Positions 1-13,870 of a stretch of DNA of 64,000 nt are shown here, piece by piece. The first letter of the stretch is position 1. Each line of letters starts with the position of its first letter. Origin of the DNA: Octopus sinensis (taxonomy: Eukaryota); contig NC_043006.1 of NCBI RefSeq assembly GCF_006345805.1, positions 65,968,001-66,032,000 of the forward strand, in the 5' to 3' direction. Made by a program: the position numbers and the translations under genes. The notes under the pieces were generated by a model that was given only the letters and a program-made list of their open reading frames with translations, did not search any database and was not told the origin of the DNA.

Positions 1-185
1 TGTGTGTGTGTGTGTTTGTTCCTCATCTGTGCATAACAACTAGTGTTTGTTTACATCCCCGTAACTTAGTGGTTCAGCAGAAGAGACTGATAGAATAAAT
101 ACTAGGCTCAAAAAACAAAAAAAGTCCTAGGGCTGCAGTCAAATGACTTAAATAAGTAAAAAAGACACACACACACTATTATTAA

Positions 186-352
186 GGTGGCAGTGTGGCA
201 GAATTGTAAACATGCCAGGCAAAATGTTCAATGGCATTTCATCCAACTTAATGTTCTGAGTTCAAGTCTCACCAGAGTCAATTTTGCCTTTCATCTTCTT
301 GGGATCAATAAAATAAGTACCAGTTGAATGCTGGCCTGGTGTCAAAATTTGA
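186..352 (+). mobile_element. tRNA-derived SINE (family with GCCTTTCATCC..GGGGTCGATAAAATAAGTACC core)
   Basis: Degenerate A/B boxes (tggcagaattg; gagttcaagtc) followed by the core shared with copies at about 8640-8900, 9360-9530, 10255-11070, 16555-16770, 23950-24150 and 34424-34668. Confidence 0.7.
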
Positions 353-1176
353 AACTGTTGTTACTATTATGGTTGATGTTTCTCTATGCTTGCATGGGTC
401 ATACAAAGTTTATTGAGGCAGACTTTTCTGTGCCAGGATGCTCTTCCTGTTGCCAATCCTTACCTGCCTCCAAGTAAGGCAAGTTTTTGTAGAATATTGG
501 ACATAGAAGACATTTATCCATTCATTTACAACTACCACATGATGCCAAGACAAATACACACACAAACACACACAGAGGTTTCTTTGTTTTGTCTACCAAA
601 TCCATTTACAGGGCTTTAGTTGGCCTGGGGCTATCATAGAAAACCCTCCAAGGTGCCACATGGTGGGACTGAACTCAAAAGCATATGGTTGGGAAGTCAA
701 GTTTCTCAACCACACTGCCATGCCTGCAGCCAGCCAGAGAGAGATGGATTGATGGATGGATGGATGGAGGGATAGATTGATGGATTGATGGATAGATTAG
801 ATAGATAGATGGATAAATGGATAGACAGACAGGCAGATAGACAGACAGACAGATAGACAGACAGATAGATCACTTGTTTACATCATTAGTGGTTGGGGTA
901 TAAATTGACCAGGAATGGACACAGGCACAAAGGGATTACATGTCAATGAGAAATAATAATTGTCTTAGAAAATAAGTGAAAAATACATTGAAAGGGTTTC
1001 TACTGATGGGGTTTAGTGAGTTGGTAAGCTTAAAATTGTGCCAGCAGCTATAAGTATTTGGGTACACGCGAACTTAAACAGTACAATTTCAGTTTAATCT
1101 GAGTTACTATATAATTACTGAGAGTGCACAAAAACTAAACATATGTGTGTGTGTGTGTGTGGTGTGTTGTGTGTGT

Positions 1177-1193
1177 ATACATACATACATACA

Positions 1194-1224
<31 letters not shown>

Positions 1225-1353
1225 CATACATACATACATACATACATACATACATACATACATACATACATACATACCATACATACATACAACATACATA
1301 CATACATACATACATAATACATACATACATACATACATACATACATACATACA

Positions 1354-1385
<32 letters not shown>

Positions 1386-1488
1386 CATACATACATACAT
1401 CATACATACATACATACATACATACATACATACATACATACATACATAATACATACATACATACATACATACATACTACATACATACA

Positions 1489-1519
<31 letters not shown>

Positions 1520-1656
1520 CATACATACATACTACATACATACATACATACATATACATACATACATACATACATACATACATACATACATACAACATAC
1601 ATACATACATACATACATACATACATACATACATACATACATACATACATACATAC

Positions 1657-1706
<50 letters not shown>

Positions 1707-1710
1707 ATAT
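1177..1710. repeat. (TACA)n microsatellite array followed by (TA)n
   Basis: About 480 bp of TACA units with single-base indel variants. It explains the MYVC/HTYI ORFs. Confidence 0.97.
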
Positions 1711-1777
1711 TCAGAAATACATATATAATATGTATGTAAAAACATAGGCACACACACATATATATATATATTACATA

Positions 1778-2700
1778 CAGGGTGTCCTCCAAAAAAATGT
1801 ATACACACATTGAATGATAAGGTCAGTGTTAATTAAAATACATTACATTTTGCAAAATTTAATAGAATCTACAGACTGAATGTAATTTTTTTATGAATGC
1901 CTATTTTCAAATTGATTACTGTTCTAGTTAAAGTACTGCTGATAATGTGACAATGGAATTGCAAATATTAAGAAACATTTTGTTCAGTATTTGCATGCAT
2001 TCTTGTTTAATGGCTTTATCTTTTAAGCATTCCCATAAGTCTAGTGTTGTGAGGACTAGTTTGGGCAGAGGGTAACCTCTTAAACCTTTTCATCTAAGAC
2101 ACCAGTTGATGAGAGAAAATCTCATCAAGATAGGCCCTAACATTATTATGGTAATATGGGATGCCCCACCTTACTGGAACTAAAACTCCACATCTTCAAA
2201 ATCCTCCTGAATGCTTGGTATGACAGATTGTCACAGCAATCTCAAGTAAATAGTACCAGTCATAGAATGGTTGAAAAAGAATGGTTCAGTTAATCCTTGT
2301 GGCAATAAGCTGTACCATATTGTAACTACTGGTAAATTAACATAACGTCCCTCCATAATATGCAGATTCTCAAGTCCCCAGTAAGTGCAATGGTGGTGGA
2401 TAGTTGAACTATTTAATTTATATCTAGCCTCACCACTCCAAACACTTTCTGTTAGAAAGTGTGCTGTTTCTACACATCTTGCCAAATATCACTTACAGAA
2501 CTCTGCTCTTTGGTTAGAATCATCTTTATTGAGAACATGGACTATTCTGGAATGTAACTTTTTTAATGATAGTAATTCAAACAGATTCTTGATTTGGAAA
2601 TTTCTATCCTACAACTTGCTTGCAACACAGATTTTCTTGAACTCTAGCCATATATGTCTAGTACTCTTTCTTGTATTGTAGGACTCATCGATCTCCATTT
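1778..2700 (-). mobile_element. Degenerate Tc1/mariner transposon
   Basis: TA|CAGGGTGTCC terminus at 1778. Minus-strand peptide HCTYWGLENLHIMEGRYVNLPVVTIWYSLLPQGLTEPFFF resembles the DDD transposase catalytic region. Stops and frameshifts present. Confidence 0.7.
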
Positions 2701-2814
2701 GATACAAATTAAATTTTAATTATTGTATGAATATCACATATCCTGATCTTACTCATGGAGGCACAAGTATACAGTCAAAAGTACTTGTCATGTATTTAAT
2801 GAAACATGTACATA

Positions 2815-4055
2815 AGACAAGCTGTTTTCCTGGGATGCTTAAAATATCAGGCGGTGTGGGTTATGGTCTTGTCACCTGCATCATAAATGAGGTAGTTCAT
2901 GAAGGAGTCATACACAATGACAACTACTATAAGGAGAAAGATGATGTTTTAGATAGAAATAATTACAGGGGTATCAAATAATTGGATCAGGTGATGAAAG
3001 TTACAGAGAGGGTCATAGCCCAACTAACTAAGGAAAGAGTTAGCCTAGATGAAATGCAATTTGGTTTTGTGTCAGGCAGAAGCACCACTGATGCTATATT
3101 TCTGGTACGGAAACTGCAGGAGAAATACCTATCCAAAGATAAAACTTTGTACTTGGCTTTTGTTGACTAGGAGACAGCCTTTGACAGGGTCCCCTGATCC
3201 CTTAACTGGTGGTCAATGCGGAAACTGGAGATAGACAAGTGGCTGGTAAAAGTTGTACAGCCCAGTACATGGACGCTGTCAATAAGGTGAGGGTTGGCAA
3301 CAAGTATAGTGAAGAATTCCAAGTAGAAGTAGGGGTTCACCAAGGATCAGTCCTCAGCCCCCTCTTATTCACTATAGTCCTCCAGGCAATAACAGAGGAA
3401 TTCAAGACAGGTTGCCCTTGAGAGTTCCTCTATGCTGATGACCTTGCTCTAATAGCCAAGTTACTGTCAGAACTAGAGACGAAGTTTAGGGTGTGGAAGC
3501 AAGATCTAGAATGAAAGGGCCTTAGGGTTAACCTAGCCAAAACCAAAGTCTTAGTAAGTAGGAACACTGTCAAATCACAACCCACTTCAGGTAGATGACC
3601 TTGTCCAATCTGTAGAAAAGGTGTGGATAGAAACACCATAAGATGCACCTAGTGTAAGCTTTGGACACATAAAGGTGCAGCAATATCAAAGGAAGGTTAA
3701 TTTGTGTGTGGTAGATGCACAGGAACAACAAACACTGAAGATGTACAGAAAACAGATTCCATCACATGCCAGGGGAAGAAACTAGTAGTTAATAGCTTCT
3801 GCTACCTAGGTAACCAAGTCTGTAGTGGGGGTGGTTGCTCTGAGAGTGTAGTGGCTAGAGTAAGAATAGCCTGAGCAAAGTTCAGGGAGCTCACCTCTGC
3901 TGGCAACTAAGGGCCTCTTGCTCAGGGTGAAAGGTAGACTATATGATGCATGTGTGTAAACTGACATGCTTTACGGCAATGAAACATGAATGTTGAGGAC
4001 ATGTGTAGGCTTGAAAGAAATGATGCTAGTATGATCCACTGCTGTGTAATGTCAG
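2815..4055 (+). pseudogene. Degenerate RTE-clade LINE reverse transcriptase fragment
   Basis: QFGFVSGRSTTDAIF, VGVHQGSVLSPLLF and LYADDL motifs, homologous to the copies at 25708-27580 and 36872-39964. Many stops and frameshifts. Confidence 0.9.
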
Positions 4056-4374
4056 TAGCTTAGATCAGGATGTGTGTACGCACATACACACAAATATGTA
4101 TGTGTATCCATATATATGAATCTGTACATACATATTCACACACTTGTGCCCCTATCACACACCCCTATGCCTTCTGTCCGGCCTTCGCCATGATAGATCG
4201 CTAGCCACTACACATTCTTTATTTTCTCTCCCTGTTTCTTTCTGTGTTCCTTTCTGTGGAAGACCGTAGGCTTGAAACATTAAAGACTTTTTCACTTCCA
4301 GAGTGTCATACTAATACATCTATTTGTTGTCTACACCACCTGTCTTCGTCTTTTGTTTTTTTTGTGAATTCTCC

Positions 4375-4439
<65 letters not shown>

Positions 4440-4774
4440 ATATTCGTATATGTATATAAGGACACAGGGAAAAAATGTGTCGAAGCTGTCAGGAGGCGTT
4501 CGATGCCTCCTAGGGCTATACAACGGTGGTGTACCCCCTACTGTCACGTTCTTGTTAGATTGACAGTATACAACCATTCTATATATATATATATATATAT
4601 AATTATATATATAATTATATATAAACACACACATACATACACACTTGCATACATACATATACACACACACATATGTACATGTATCCATATGTATGTATCT
4701 ATACATACACAAACATACACTTGGTCCCCTACCTACATTTTTATATATACACATAAGCAAGCACACCCACCCAC

Positions 4775-5210
4775 ATACACTGGTGTACTCATATACCTAT
4801 ACATACATGTATATATACACGTGCACACACACACATCTATATCCACATATCTATATATATATATATCTATATACACATATCTATATATATATATCTATAT
4901 ACACATATCTATATATATATATCTATATATATATATATCTATATCTATATATCCATATATATATATATCTATATATATATATCTATATCTATATATCCAT
5001 ATATATATATATCTATATATATATATCTATATCTATATATCCATATATATATATATCTATATCTATATATCCATCTATCTATATCTATATATCCATCTAC
5101 ACCTATATATCTATCTATATCTATCTATCTATCTATATCTATCTATATATATATATACACACACACAGACATCCCTCTCTCTCTCTCTCAATCTATATAT
5201 ATATATATAC
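4775..5210. repeat. Complex (TA)n/(TATC)n low-complexity tract
   Basis: Directly visible; source of the YIYI ORFs. Confidence 0.9.
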
Positions 5211-5224
5211 TTGACCCACCAATA

Positions 5225-6600
5225 AGGAAAAAACAATGTTATGTTTAGAACAACATTTCAATTTAATTCAACTATTGCTTGAGAAATACACCAAAGATAT
5301 AATTTGATAACATTTAGAAATTCTTCTTTATGTAAATACTTTACAAAATCAGTAATAAAATAACAAAGAAAATATTAAGCAAATCTGCACTTTTTACGTA
5401 AGCAGAATATCAATATTTACACTATTTCCGTGTAGATAACATTATTCGTAAGTCTTCTTACATTTTTATTATGACGTCTACTTGTTCCTGATCTGGTAAA
5501 TTCTTTTTGATCAGCAAATATTTTAAGATTCACAGGATCCCCAACTCCACTAAGAGCGACATATAACTGGCCGTGAGTAAATACGGGTGCAGGCATATAG
5601 ATGCCGCACTTAAAAAGCCTTTGTCCTTGACTTTTGTTTATAGACATTGTGAAAGCAGGTCTCACTGGAAATTGGCGTCTTTTCAAAGTAAAGGGCAAAT
5701 CGGTATGAGATGGTTGCAGAATAATGCAGGGAATCAAAAGTGTGCGTCCTGCATCAACACCAGTTATTTTACTTGCAGCGATCATATTATCTGACACCGA
5801 TAACACTCTATAACGTGCGCCGTTGCAGTGCCCATTTCTATGATCTAAGTTTCTTAGCAACATTATAGAAACATCCATTTTTAGTTTGATAATGTGAGGT
5901 GACATGCCACTTATATTAAGAGAATTCAGAAATTCAGGAGGATAGAGTGCAGATTATTGATCTTCTGCAACGGAATCAATACTCCTCAGAGTATATGCCT
6001 CACCTGGAAATTTCTGGATTCTGGGTTATTTAGACTGTCAACTTCTTCATTCTTTATTGTTAATGTTGCTTGTGATGATAACCATTGGGCATTGTTAAAA
6101 TTAACCTCTAAATCTTCATAGACATGGTTGATCAAATCCTCCTTGCTATTGACTTGAAGTTGCTGAGGAATCTCTATTATATTATCATATAGTGGTCTTT
6201 GAACATTGGTTATTGCAAATTGGTGATAGAAGAATCCCCAAACAGAAGTTGAGCTTGAGAGGTGGTATCATTATTGCTGAGACAGTTTTGCTCTCTCATA
6301 TTAGTGATGAGATGAAGTACTTCGCATTCATGCCAAATTACGGATTTTTTGAAACATAAATCTATCTCCAGTTTATTTCTCCATAGGGAATTAAGATGGC
6401 CTTGCTTTCAGTACTGACCAGTTCTATACTACATACACGCATGCGTTTGTGATTATCTACATGTTTTTCACATACCACTAAATCCAAGGAAATAATCTAT
6501 TCCCTCTTTAGTGACATCAGATCTTATAAATATGATGAAAACGACCTGTTGTCTCTAAAGAGTCCAAAATGTGATAAACTGTCCACAGAAGGGATGCAAA
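5225..6600 (-). mobile_element. Helitron RepHel helicase C-terminal fragment
   Basis: IMLLRNLD..GHCNGARY, RRQFPVRPAFTMSINKSQGQ and VFTHGQLYVALS are PIF1-type Helitron helicase motifs (ORF 5417-5905). The upstream frame continues ..YPPEFLNSLNISGMSPH with stops. Confidence 0.9.
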
Positions 6601-7514
6601 GAATTTTTTTTTTAATAACTCATTCCTTAATTGCCCCCTTTCTCTATTAGTATACTAAACATTGTGGACCAAAAGTATAAATTCAACATAAGCCAATGCA
6701 TGCCTCACCAAAATATTACTATGCGCCAGCCACGTTGGAAATCACAGCTCTATCTAATTACTGATGGCTTCAGAGAGCCAGAGGGATGGATGCGGCCAGG
6801 CATGACAATATTTGTATCTTATTTACACAGCATGAAGTATAAAACTAAGCAAACTTTCTATTTCATTCCCTCTTTTCCTGGCTTCGGACAGACATTCCTT
6901 TTACATTTGCATATGTTATGTCTGTCTCTCTTTCTTTCTCTCCCTCCGCTTCCCAACTCTACTTCTCTACCTCCCCACCTCTCTCTAACTCTACTTTTCC
7001 TCTATCAAATTACTGATGGCTTCAGACAGCCGGACACAGCTCTTATTACAAAATCATTATTATACACCTGCATTGTAAAGTTACTTATCTGAACATATGT
7101 GAACACCAATATCTGCACACAAGGTGTAAAGTTTCAGAGGACATATTATGCCTCTTTAGACAGATCATCTGTTGTGTTAGCTTAGAGATCATGCTGTCTA
7201 AGGAATTAAATAAGATAGTAGTAATTGAATATTGTAGTGAAGCTCCATTCCCCGAACCAGATGAGCACATAACAACATGACAGCCAAAACTCAGGATCGT
7301 TAACGAGACACAAACCTTTATGTATGGATGTACCCAATGAGACCCAGACTGCAAAATTGATGCAACACAACATGTCATAAAGAGTCACACCCATAAGGGA
7401 CCATAGCAGGGTGGGTCGAAACGACTGTTGTACAAAAAGATCAATACCAAATCCATCTTCTCATTACTTAAGCAACTATTATTATCATTATAATTATTAT
7501 TATTATCATAATTC

Positions 7515-7948
7515 GGTGGCACGTAAGAGAACCATCCGAACGTGGCCGTTGCCAGCGCCGCCTGACTGGCCTCCGTGCTGGTGGCACGTAAAAAGCACCA
7601 TCTGACCGTGGCCGTTGCCAGCTTCGTTTGGTCCCTGTGCCGGTGGCATGTAAAAAGCACCATCTGACCGTGGCCGTTGCCAGCTTCGTTTGGTCCCTGT
7701 GCCGGTGGCATGTAAAAAGCACCATCCGATCGTGGCCGTCTGCCAGCCTTGTCTGGCACCTGTGCTGGTGGCACGTAAAAAGCACCCACTACACTCACGG
7801 AGTGGTTGGCATTAGGAAGGGCATCCAGCTGTAGAAACACTGCCAGATCAGACTGGGCCTGGTGTAGCCTTCTGGCTTCCCAGACCCCAGTTGAACCGTC
7901 CAACCCATGCCAGCATGGAAAGCGGACGTTAAATGATGATGATGATGA
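7515..7948 (+). mobile_element. RTE LINE 3'UTR fragment with internal subrepeats and (GAT)n tail
   Basis: GGTTGGCATTAGGAAGGGCATCCAGC...GGACGTTAAATGATGAT matches the 3' end of the RTE at 39400-39964. Similar tails occur at about 15402-15955(-), 25245-25690(-), 27967-28225(-), 40080-40360(-), 40830-41200(-), 41200-41700(+), 43770-44120(-), 44120-44560(+), 55800-56077(+) and 60400-60758(+). Confidence 0.85.
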
Positions 7949-8149
7949 TTATTATTATTATATATATCATGTGTGTATAGATAAAGATATGCTATATACT
8001 ATATTCAAAAGTGAATCTTTGCTCACTTCAGTACACAAGTCTGTGTGTGTATATGTGATTGCATACATATGTTTAGCCAAGTGTGTATGAGAGAGAGAAT
8101 ATGTATGAATGTGTCCTTCAGACCAGGTTGTCAGTAAGGTATGAAACAA

Positions 8150-8630
8150 TGAAGGTTGTGGATGGGAATGCAAAGAACTTACGTCAAAGGTAAGGATTGG
8201 TTTGGCTTGATATCCATTATATTACATGGCTACTATGCAATGTATTTGGAAAGGTAACATTACTTAAGACGGGAAACTGCTGGTATAGGATGTTACAGTA
8301 GTATTCTTTTACCTCCTCTTGTTACCTGTCGGAGAATGAGAGGTAGAGAGAGGTGTATGTTTGATGACAGCTGTGAACACTGTCCAAGTGGGAGCAGTAG
8401 CATGACTGAGTAATGAAAATGTAGAGGAGAGCAATGACTTCATTGGGGTGTTATGTCAAGATTTCTATGGTAGGTATGAGAACAGTCAGACTAGAGCACT
8501 CACCCCTTCCTTTCTCTATGGCACATCCAGATAGCTGACATTTCTTTCTCTTATGATTTCTGGGTACTATTGTGAGCAACTGTGACAAAATTGCTGAGGT
8601 ACAGTTGTTTAAGGAACACAAGACCATTTT
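8150..8630 (-). mobile_element. Possible highly degenerate LINE APE-endonuclease fragment
   Basis: Minus-strand CQLSGCAIEKGRGECSSL loosely resembles the APE motif YQLIRCDR..GRGGGVALY. Weak. Confidence 0.3.
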
Positions 8631-9545
8631 TATTTCAGAATGTTGTTGAGTGGTTGATATATTTATTTCTTTATTGCCCACAGGGGGCTGAACATAGAGG
8701 GGACAAACAACCACAGACAAAGGGATTAAATCAATTGCATTGACCCCAGTGCATAACTGGTATTTAATTTATCAACCCCAAAAGGATGAAAGGCAAAGTC
8801 GACCTTGGTGGAATTTGAACTCAGAATATAAAGACAGACAAAATATTGCTAAGTGTTTCTCCCAGCATGCTAACGACTCAGCCAGCTTGCCACCTTAACA
8901 ATAATAGAAATAATAATAATAATAATAAGGCACAATGTACATCTTAAGGAAAGTATTATCTGAGGTCCTTGTTGTGACTTGACAGATGACTAAAGACTGG
9001 TGCATTTTTACCTAGACTGTGTTACAAAGGAATAACAACAACAACAACAAAGGTCTGGCCAGTATGAACATGAAACAAACAGGAACGTTTGGGCCTGATA
9101 TGGCTGGTTTAAATGCTAAAAGATTAAGGAAATGTCACTTATAATGATTCCCATAATGTATTTGATACATATATTTCAAGTCCAGTGGTTTACACACTTA
9201 ATTTAAGAGAAAATTACAGAAACTTCATATTGATTCTAGAAAAATATCAAATATAATAAATATGAGTGGTTATATTGTGAAGATCTCAGAGTATTTTGCA
9301 CAATTAAAAAAAAAACAAATTGAGTTAAGGTAAATGTTTCACAGGAGCTGGGGGAGGACATAGTCAATTGTATCAACCCTAGTGCCCAACTTGTACTTAT
9401 TCTATTGGCCCTGAAATGCTGGAAGGCAAAACTGACTTTAGTGGAATTTGAACTCAGAATGTTAAGGTGGATGAAATGCTGTTAAGCATTTTATCTGATG
9501 TGCTAATGATTCTGCCAGCCTGTCACCTTAATAATAATAATAATA

Positions 9546-9862
9546 ACCATGTGTTGAGAGGAATTCTTTGGGGGTTTTGATAATTCAACTCAGGAAACAT
9601 GGGTGTTTCATTCAACATCCTTAAACAACCTTTATTCAGAGACCATTTGAGCAAGATAGGCTACTTGACCTGAAGAAAATTCTAACTGGGTACCACCTGC
9701 AAAGTCATGTGCTATTTATCTTGGTATGAGATCACCATGTGCATGGTGTACCTTATCAGATGGGTAGTCATGATGGGTATACTGGGCTTGATATATTTTA
9801 CCCCAGTGTCACTTTGATGGCATGTACTGCTCTCTCACTCAATGATAATAATAATAATAACA
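9546..9862 (+). mobile_element. Unclassified retroposed repeat, 5'-truncated copy with (AAT)n tail
   Basis: Shares its 3' end (..ctctctcactc-AATAATAAT) with the longer copy at 11085-11630. Confidence 0.65.
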
Positions 9863-10254
9863 AGAGAACTCAGAGAGCACAAACCTCTGCCAAGGCAGCA
9901 CCAACGTCCTCTCAACGATTAGCCAGAGATGATTTTTAAAATGAGAATATCTGAAATAAACTTGAATGTTCTCACAAATTAGAATACTAAAAATGAACCC
10001 GACTGCTCTCAAAAATTAAGTAAAAAAAACAGAAAAAGTCATCTAGAATCCCTATCTGGTACTGGAACGATCCCAAAATCTAATCAGTTTGCGCCAGTCA
10101 TAAGGCCAAACATCCCTAAAAGTTTCATCCAAACTCATCCAGTGGTTCTTGAGATATCTTGTCCACAGACAAATTAACTGACAAACAAACATGACTGAAA
10201 ACAATATCTTCACCTTCACTAAGGCAGAAGTGATAATAATAATAATAATAATAA

Positions 10255-10704
10255 TCCTTTCTACAAAAGGCACAAGGCCTAAAATTTTACGGGAGGGGGT
10301 AAGTCGATTACATCAACCCCAGTGTTCAACCGGTACTTTAATTTATTGACCCCAAAAGGATGAAAGGCAAAGTTGACCTCAGCAGAATTTGAACCCAGAA
10401 CATAGACAGATGAAATGTCACTAAGCATCCTGTCTGGCATGTTAACAATTCTGCCAGCTCGCTGCCTTAATAATAACAGTAATAATAATAATCCTTTCTA
10501 CTAAAGGCACAAGGCCTGAAGTTTGCGTGGAAGGGACTAATCAATTACATCGACCCCAGTGTTTCACCGGTACTTAATTGATCAACCCCGACAGGATGAA
10601 AGTCAAAGTTGACCTCAGTGGAATTTGAACCTAGAACATGCAGAGAGACAAAATGCTGTTAACCATTTTACCTAATGTGCTAACGATTCTACCAGCTCAC
10701 CACC

Positions 10705-10738
<34 letters not shown>

Positions 10739-11070
10739 TAATAATAATAATAATGATAATAATAGTCATATTGTAACATCTCTTATCCTTCACTTGCCCC
10801 AGAACATTGGATGTGTCTCAGCAAGTGACTGTAACAAAGATGCAGATTAAATGTAAACATAACAATAATAAATGGTTTCAAATTTTGGCACAGGACCTGC
10901 AGTTTTAGTGGCAGGGTTAAGTTGATTACATTGACCCCAGTATACAACTAGTACTTAATTTATCGACCCTGAAAGAATGAAAGGCAAAGATGACCTCAGA
11001 AGAATTTGAACTCAGAGATGCTGCTAAGCATTTTGTACAGCATGCAAAAAATTCTGCCAGCTCACCAACT
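10255..11070 (-). mobile_element. Three consecutive same-orientation copies of the tRNA-derived SINE, separated by (AAT)n
   Basis: The motif cccc..aggatgaaaggcaaag.tgacctc.g..gaatttgaac occurs near 10350, 10590 and 10970. Confidence 0.8.
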
Positions 11071-11084
11071 TAATAATGATAAAT

Positions 11085-11630
11085 GCCCTGATGCAGTACC
11101 AGGCAGTGGCTCTCATGGCTTCTGATCTTAACTGATTGGAATTGTTATGTACATTGTTTGGGCCACCAGCAAATATTCTGCTCAATGCCACAGATTTGCT
11201 TGTCAGTTGCTTGACCCTACTCAGTTGAGTGTGCTTCTTAGTGACTGAAAATATGTGCGTCTCTGATCATGAGCAGAAGTAGTGAGGGAGCATCATAGCT
11301 GTGTGTTGAGAAGAATTCTTTGGGGTTTGAATAATTCACCTCTGGAAACGTGGGTGTTTCATTCAACATCCTTAAACAACCCTTATTCAGGGACCTTTTG
11401 AGCAGGATGGGTTACTTGACCAGATGAAAATTCTAACTGGGCCCCACCTGCAAGGTCATGTGCTGTGTATCTTGATACGAGACCACCATGTTGTGCACAT
11501 ATGGTTGTGGTGCATGTATCTGGTGTACCCTTATCAGACTGATAGTCATGATGGGTATACTGGGCTTTGTATATTTTACCCCAGCGTCACTTTAATGGAA
11601 TCTATTGTTCTCTCACTCAATAATAATAAT
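11085..11630 (+). mobile_element. Unclassified retroposed repeat, longer copy
   Basis: Aligns by eye with 9546-9862 over its 3' ~300 bp and has an (AAT)n tail. Confidence 0.65.
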
Positions 11631-13299
11631 ACAGTGATAGGTTATGAAATGTGTGAGGTATAACAAGAAATCAAATGGGAAAGGAAATAGAAAATGAAAA
11701 TTCAGTAAACACTATATCTAAACAGTATAAAAATATATTTGTATACTAATTAATATACAGGTTATTTAATGTCATTAAAATAGGACTGTCACCAGAGGCA
11801 GTGCTATCCACCCTTTTTGGAACAATGAACTTGTTTCATGCAAGACAATTTTTCCATAGACCCATGAATCGCCCTGCAGACTGAAATAATATTTTAAAAT
11901 TTATTCTTGCTGTGTAGCTTGGTACCAAATCATTCTTGGCCTGGATCTGGTTTGTAGCTCGAAGATTAGAAACCCTGACTTAAAGGTCAATCAAGGAACC
12001 CCAAACAACCTAGATTACTGTGACAGGTGTGCCGAAAACTAGCTGCCATTCTTTGGCCTATATCTACATGTTGAGAGCAGGTCCTTAGCTTCAGGTTGTG
12101 TTCATCACAGTTATCCGCCTTTCAACCAATTTACTGTGGCAGTGGGGTCAGTACTTCTTTTTTTTCACACCTTCCTTGAAAAATATCAGGTCCAAATTTT
12201 CTACCTGTTTTAGGTTCAAACAACCCAACTCCAGACTGAATATTCTGTTTTATGTTCAAACTGGCTAAATCCAGCTTTCCATGCTTATCCTACAATGTCA
12301 TTTCCAAAACTAAACAAACAGATCATTGAAATCCCAAAGCTACAAGATATTTCATGATTAATTCAAAACAATGTGAATAAATAAGTATTACATTTGACAG
12401 AGTAACCTGGATGCTAAAAGGGTTGCACAACAAATGAGCCACCAACAAATCAGTGTCAAAAGAATGAAGTACGTATTTTTTATTATCACCTAAGTTAACA
12501 GGAACAGTAGATGACAGGCTATGGATTTAACAACTTCCTCGTCTCTGATCAATCCAATTTAGCAACACAAATAAATTCTAAAAGATCTCACACCTGATGC
12601 TTTGATCTTTACATTAAAAAAAAAAAGGTCTTTTCCCATAGTTTTATTTCCCTTCCTATTTCCTTTTACTTTCTTTCAAAACACAATGTTTCCCATTGCA
12701 GTTTTCTTCTTCGATGTTTCATCTCTCTCACCCTTCTCACGCTTCTCTTTTATCTTTATAAGACTTTTCATGCATTTATATATTATTCTCTTTAAAAAAT
12801 CTCAAAAAAAAAAAAAACCTTTATTTCCTTCCATACATCTGTCGCCATTCCTGTATTGTTTGAATAATTAGTTTTGCAATTGCGAATGTCTTTTTATTTC
12901 TGTCAGTTTTTACTTTTTGAGCCTCCCCCCCCCCATTTTCAGTTTTCTGTCTGCGTCTCCTGTTCCATCTGCCACAAAAGAACAGACAGATCAAACTGCA
13001 CAATAAGTAAGTACAGAACCAACAAATTAACCACATAATCACCCCATAATGTAGGTTTGATAATAAGTGAACAAGAAAAGTGTCTAGCCTGTTACTCTCC
13101 CTCCACAACCACCATCTCATAACAAGAGAATGAGACGACTGGGGGCAGCTGTTTGGTCACTGGCAATATGGCATGTCTGACTGGACATTCAACTTCTCTT
13201 GGAGTGAAAAAGAGAGAGGGGGTAGAGAGAGAGAGAGAGTGAGAACATTAAAATGCCAGAAAAGTCTGTTGAATCAGTGCCAAAACATCTCAAACCCAT

Positions 13300-13870
13300 T
13301 TAAAATACGTTTGAGGCTGTTAATCCCCAAGTCTGAGCTGATTCAGCAAACCTGCCACAAAGATGTTCCAGCTGTGACTATCTCAGCTTATTTACTATGG
13401 TATAGCATATCTAGGTCTAGATTATCCAATGTGTCATTTTCTTTTTTAATTTGAAGGAAATTAGGCTGCTATTTCTAGCAGATCAAGTAAGCATATAAAG
13501 CTCCCTCACTTGGTTTATTATTTTTCTTGTGCTTTAGCTCCTGGTCAGTCTGGAGCCACAAGACCTATAATCAAAATGCTCCATCTGCAAGAAGTCATCT
13601 ATTTTTTAGGCTTAGTGCATCTAAGACTACAGTGTCCAATGTGTGTTTGTTTTGCTCCTTAATTAGCTGACATTTAATCCAAAAGCAACTCCTCGTGATC
13701 AGATCTTTGTTCAAACTCATTCCATCCATGACTATCCCATCTTACTTTCAGATATTGTATAGCTAGGACACAATATCCAATATCTGGTTAAGATGGCAGG
13801 CTGTAAGATGAGGGAAATTTGTCTGTTATTTCTAGCAGATCAAGATGCTAAATAAAGCTCCCTTTGGTTC
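13300..13870 (+). repeat. Two degenerate copies of a dispersed repeat (..ttccagc.gtgac.atc.ca..atatctagg.cta.attatccaa..gctatttctagcagatcaag)
   Basis: The same motif string recurs at about 13330-13490, 13690-13850, 48670-48840 and, inverted, inside the 141-bp array unit. Confidence 0.55.

Noticed and set aside
5417-5905. Host PIF1 helicase gene
   Set aside because: It is intronless, has upstream stops and frameshifts, and has Helitron-type motif spacing, so it is a TE fragment.
7013-7052. Hammerhead-like relic CTGAT-GGCT..AGCC-GGAC-ACAGCT
   Set aside because: The core lacks G8/A9 and GAAA is mutated. At most a dead relic.
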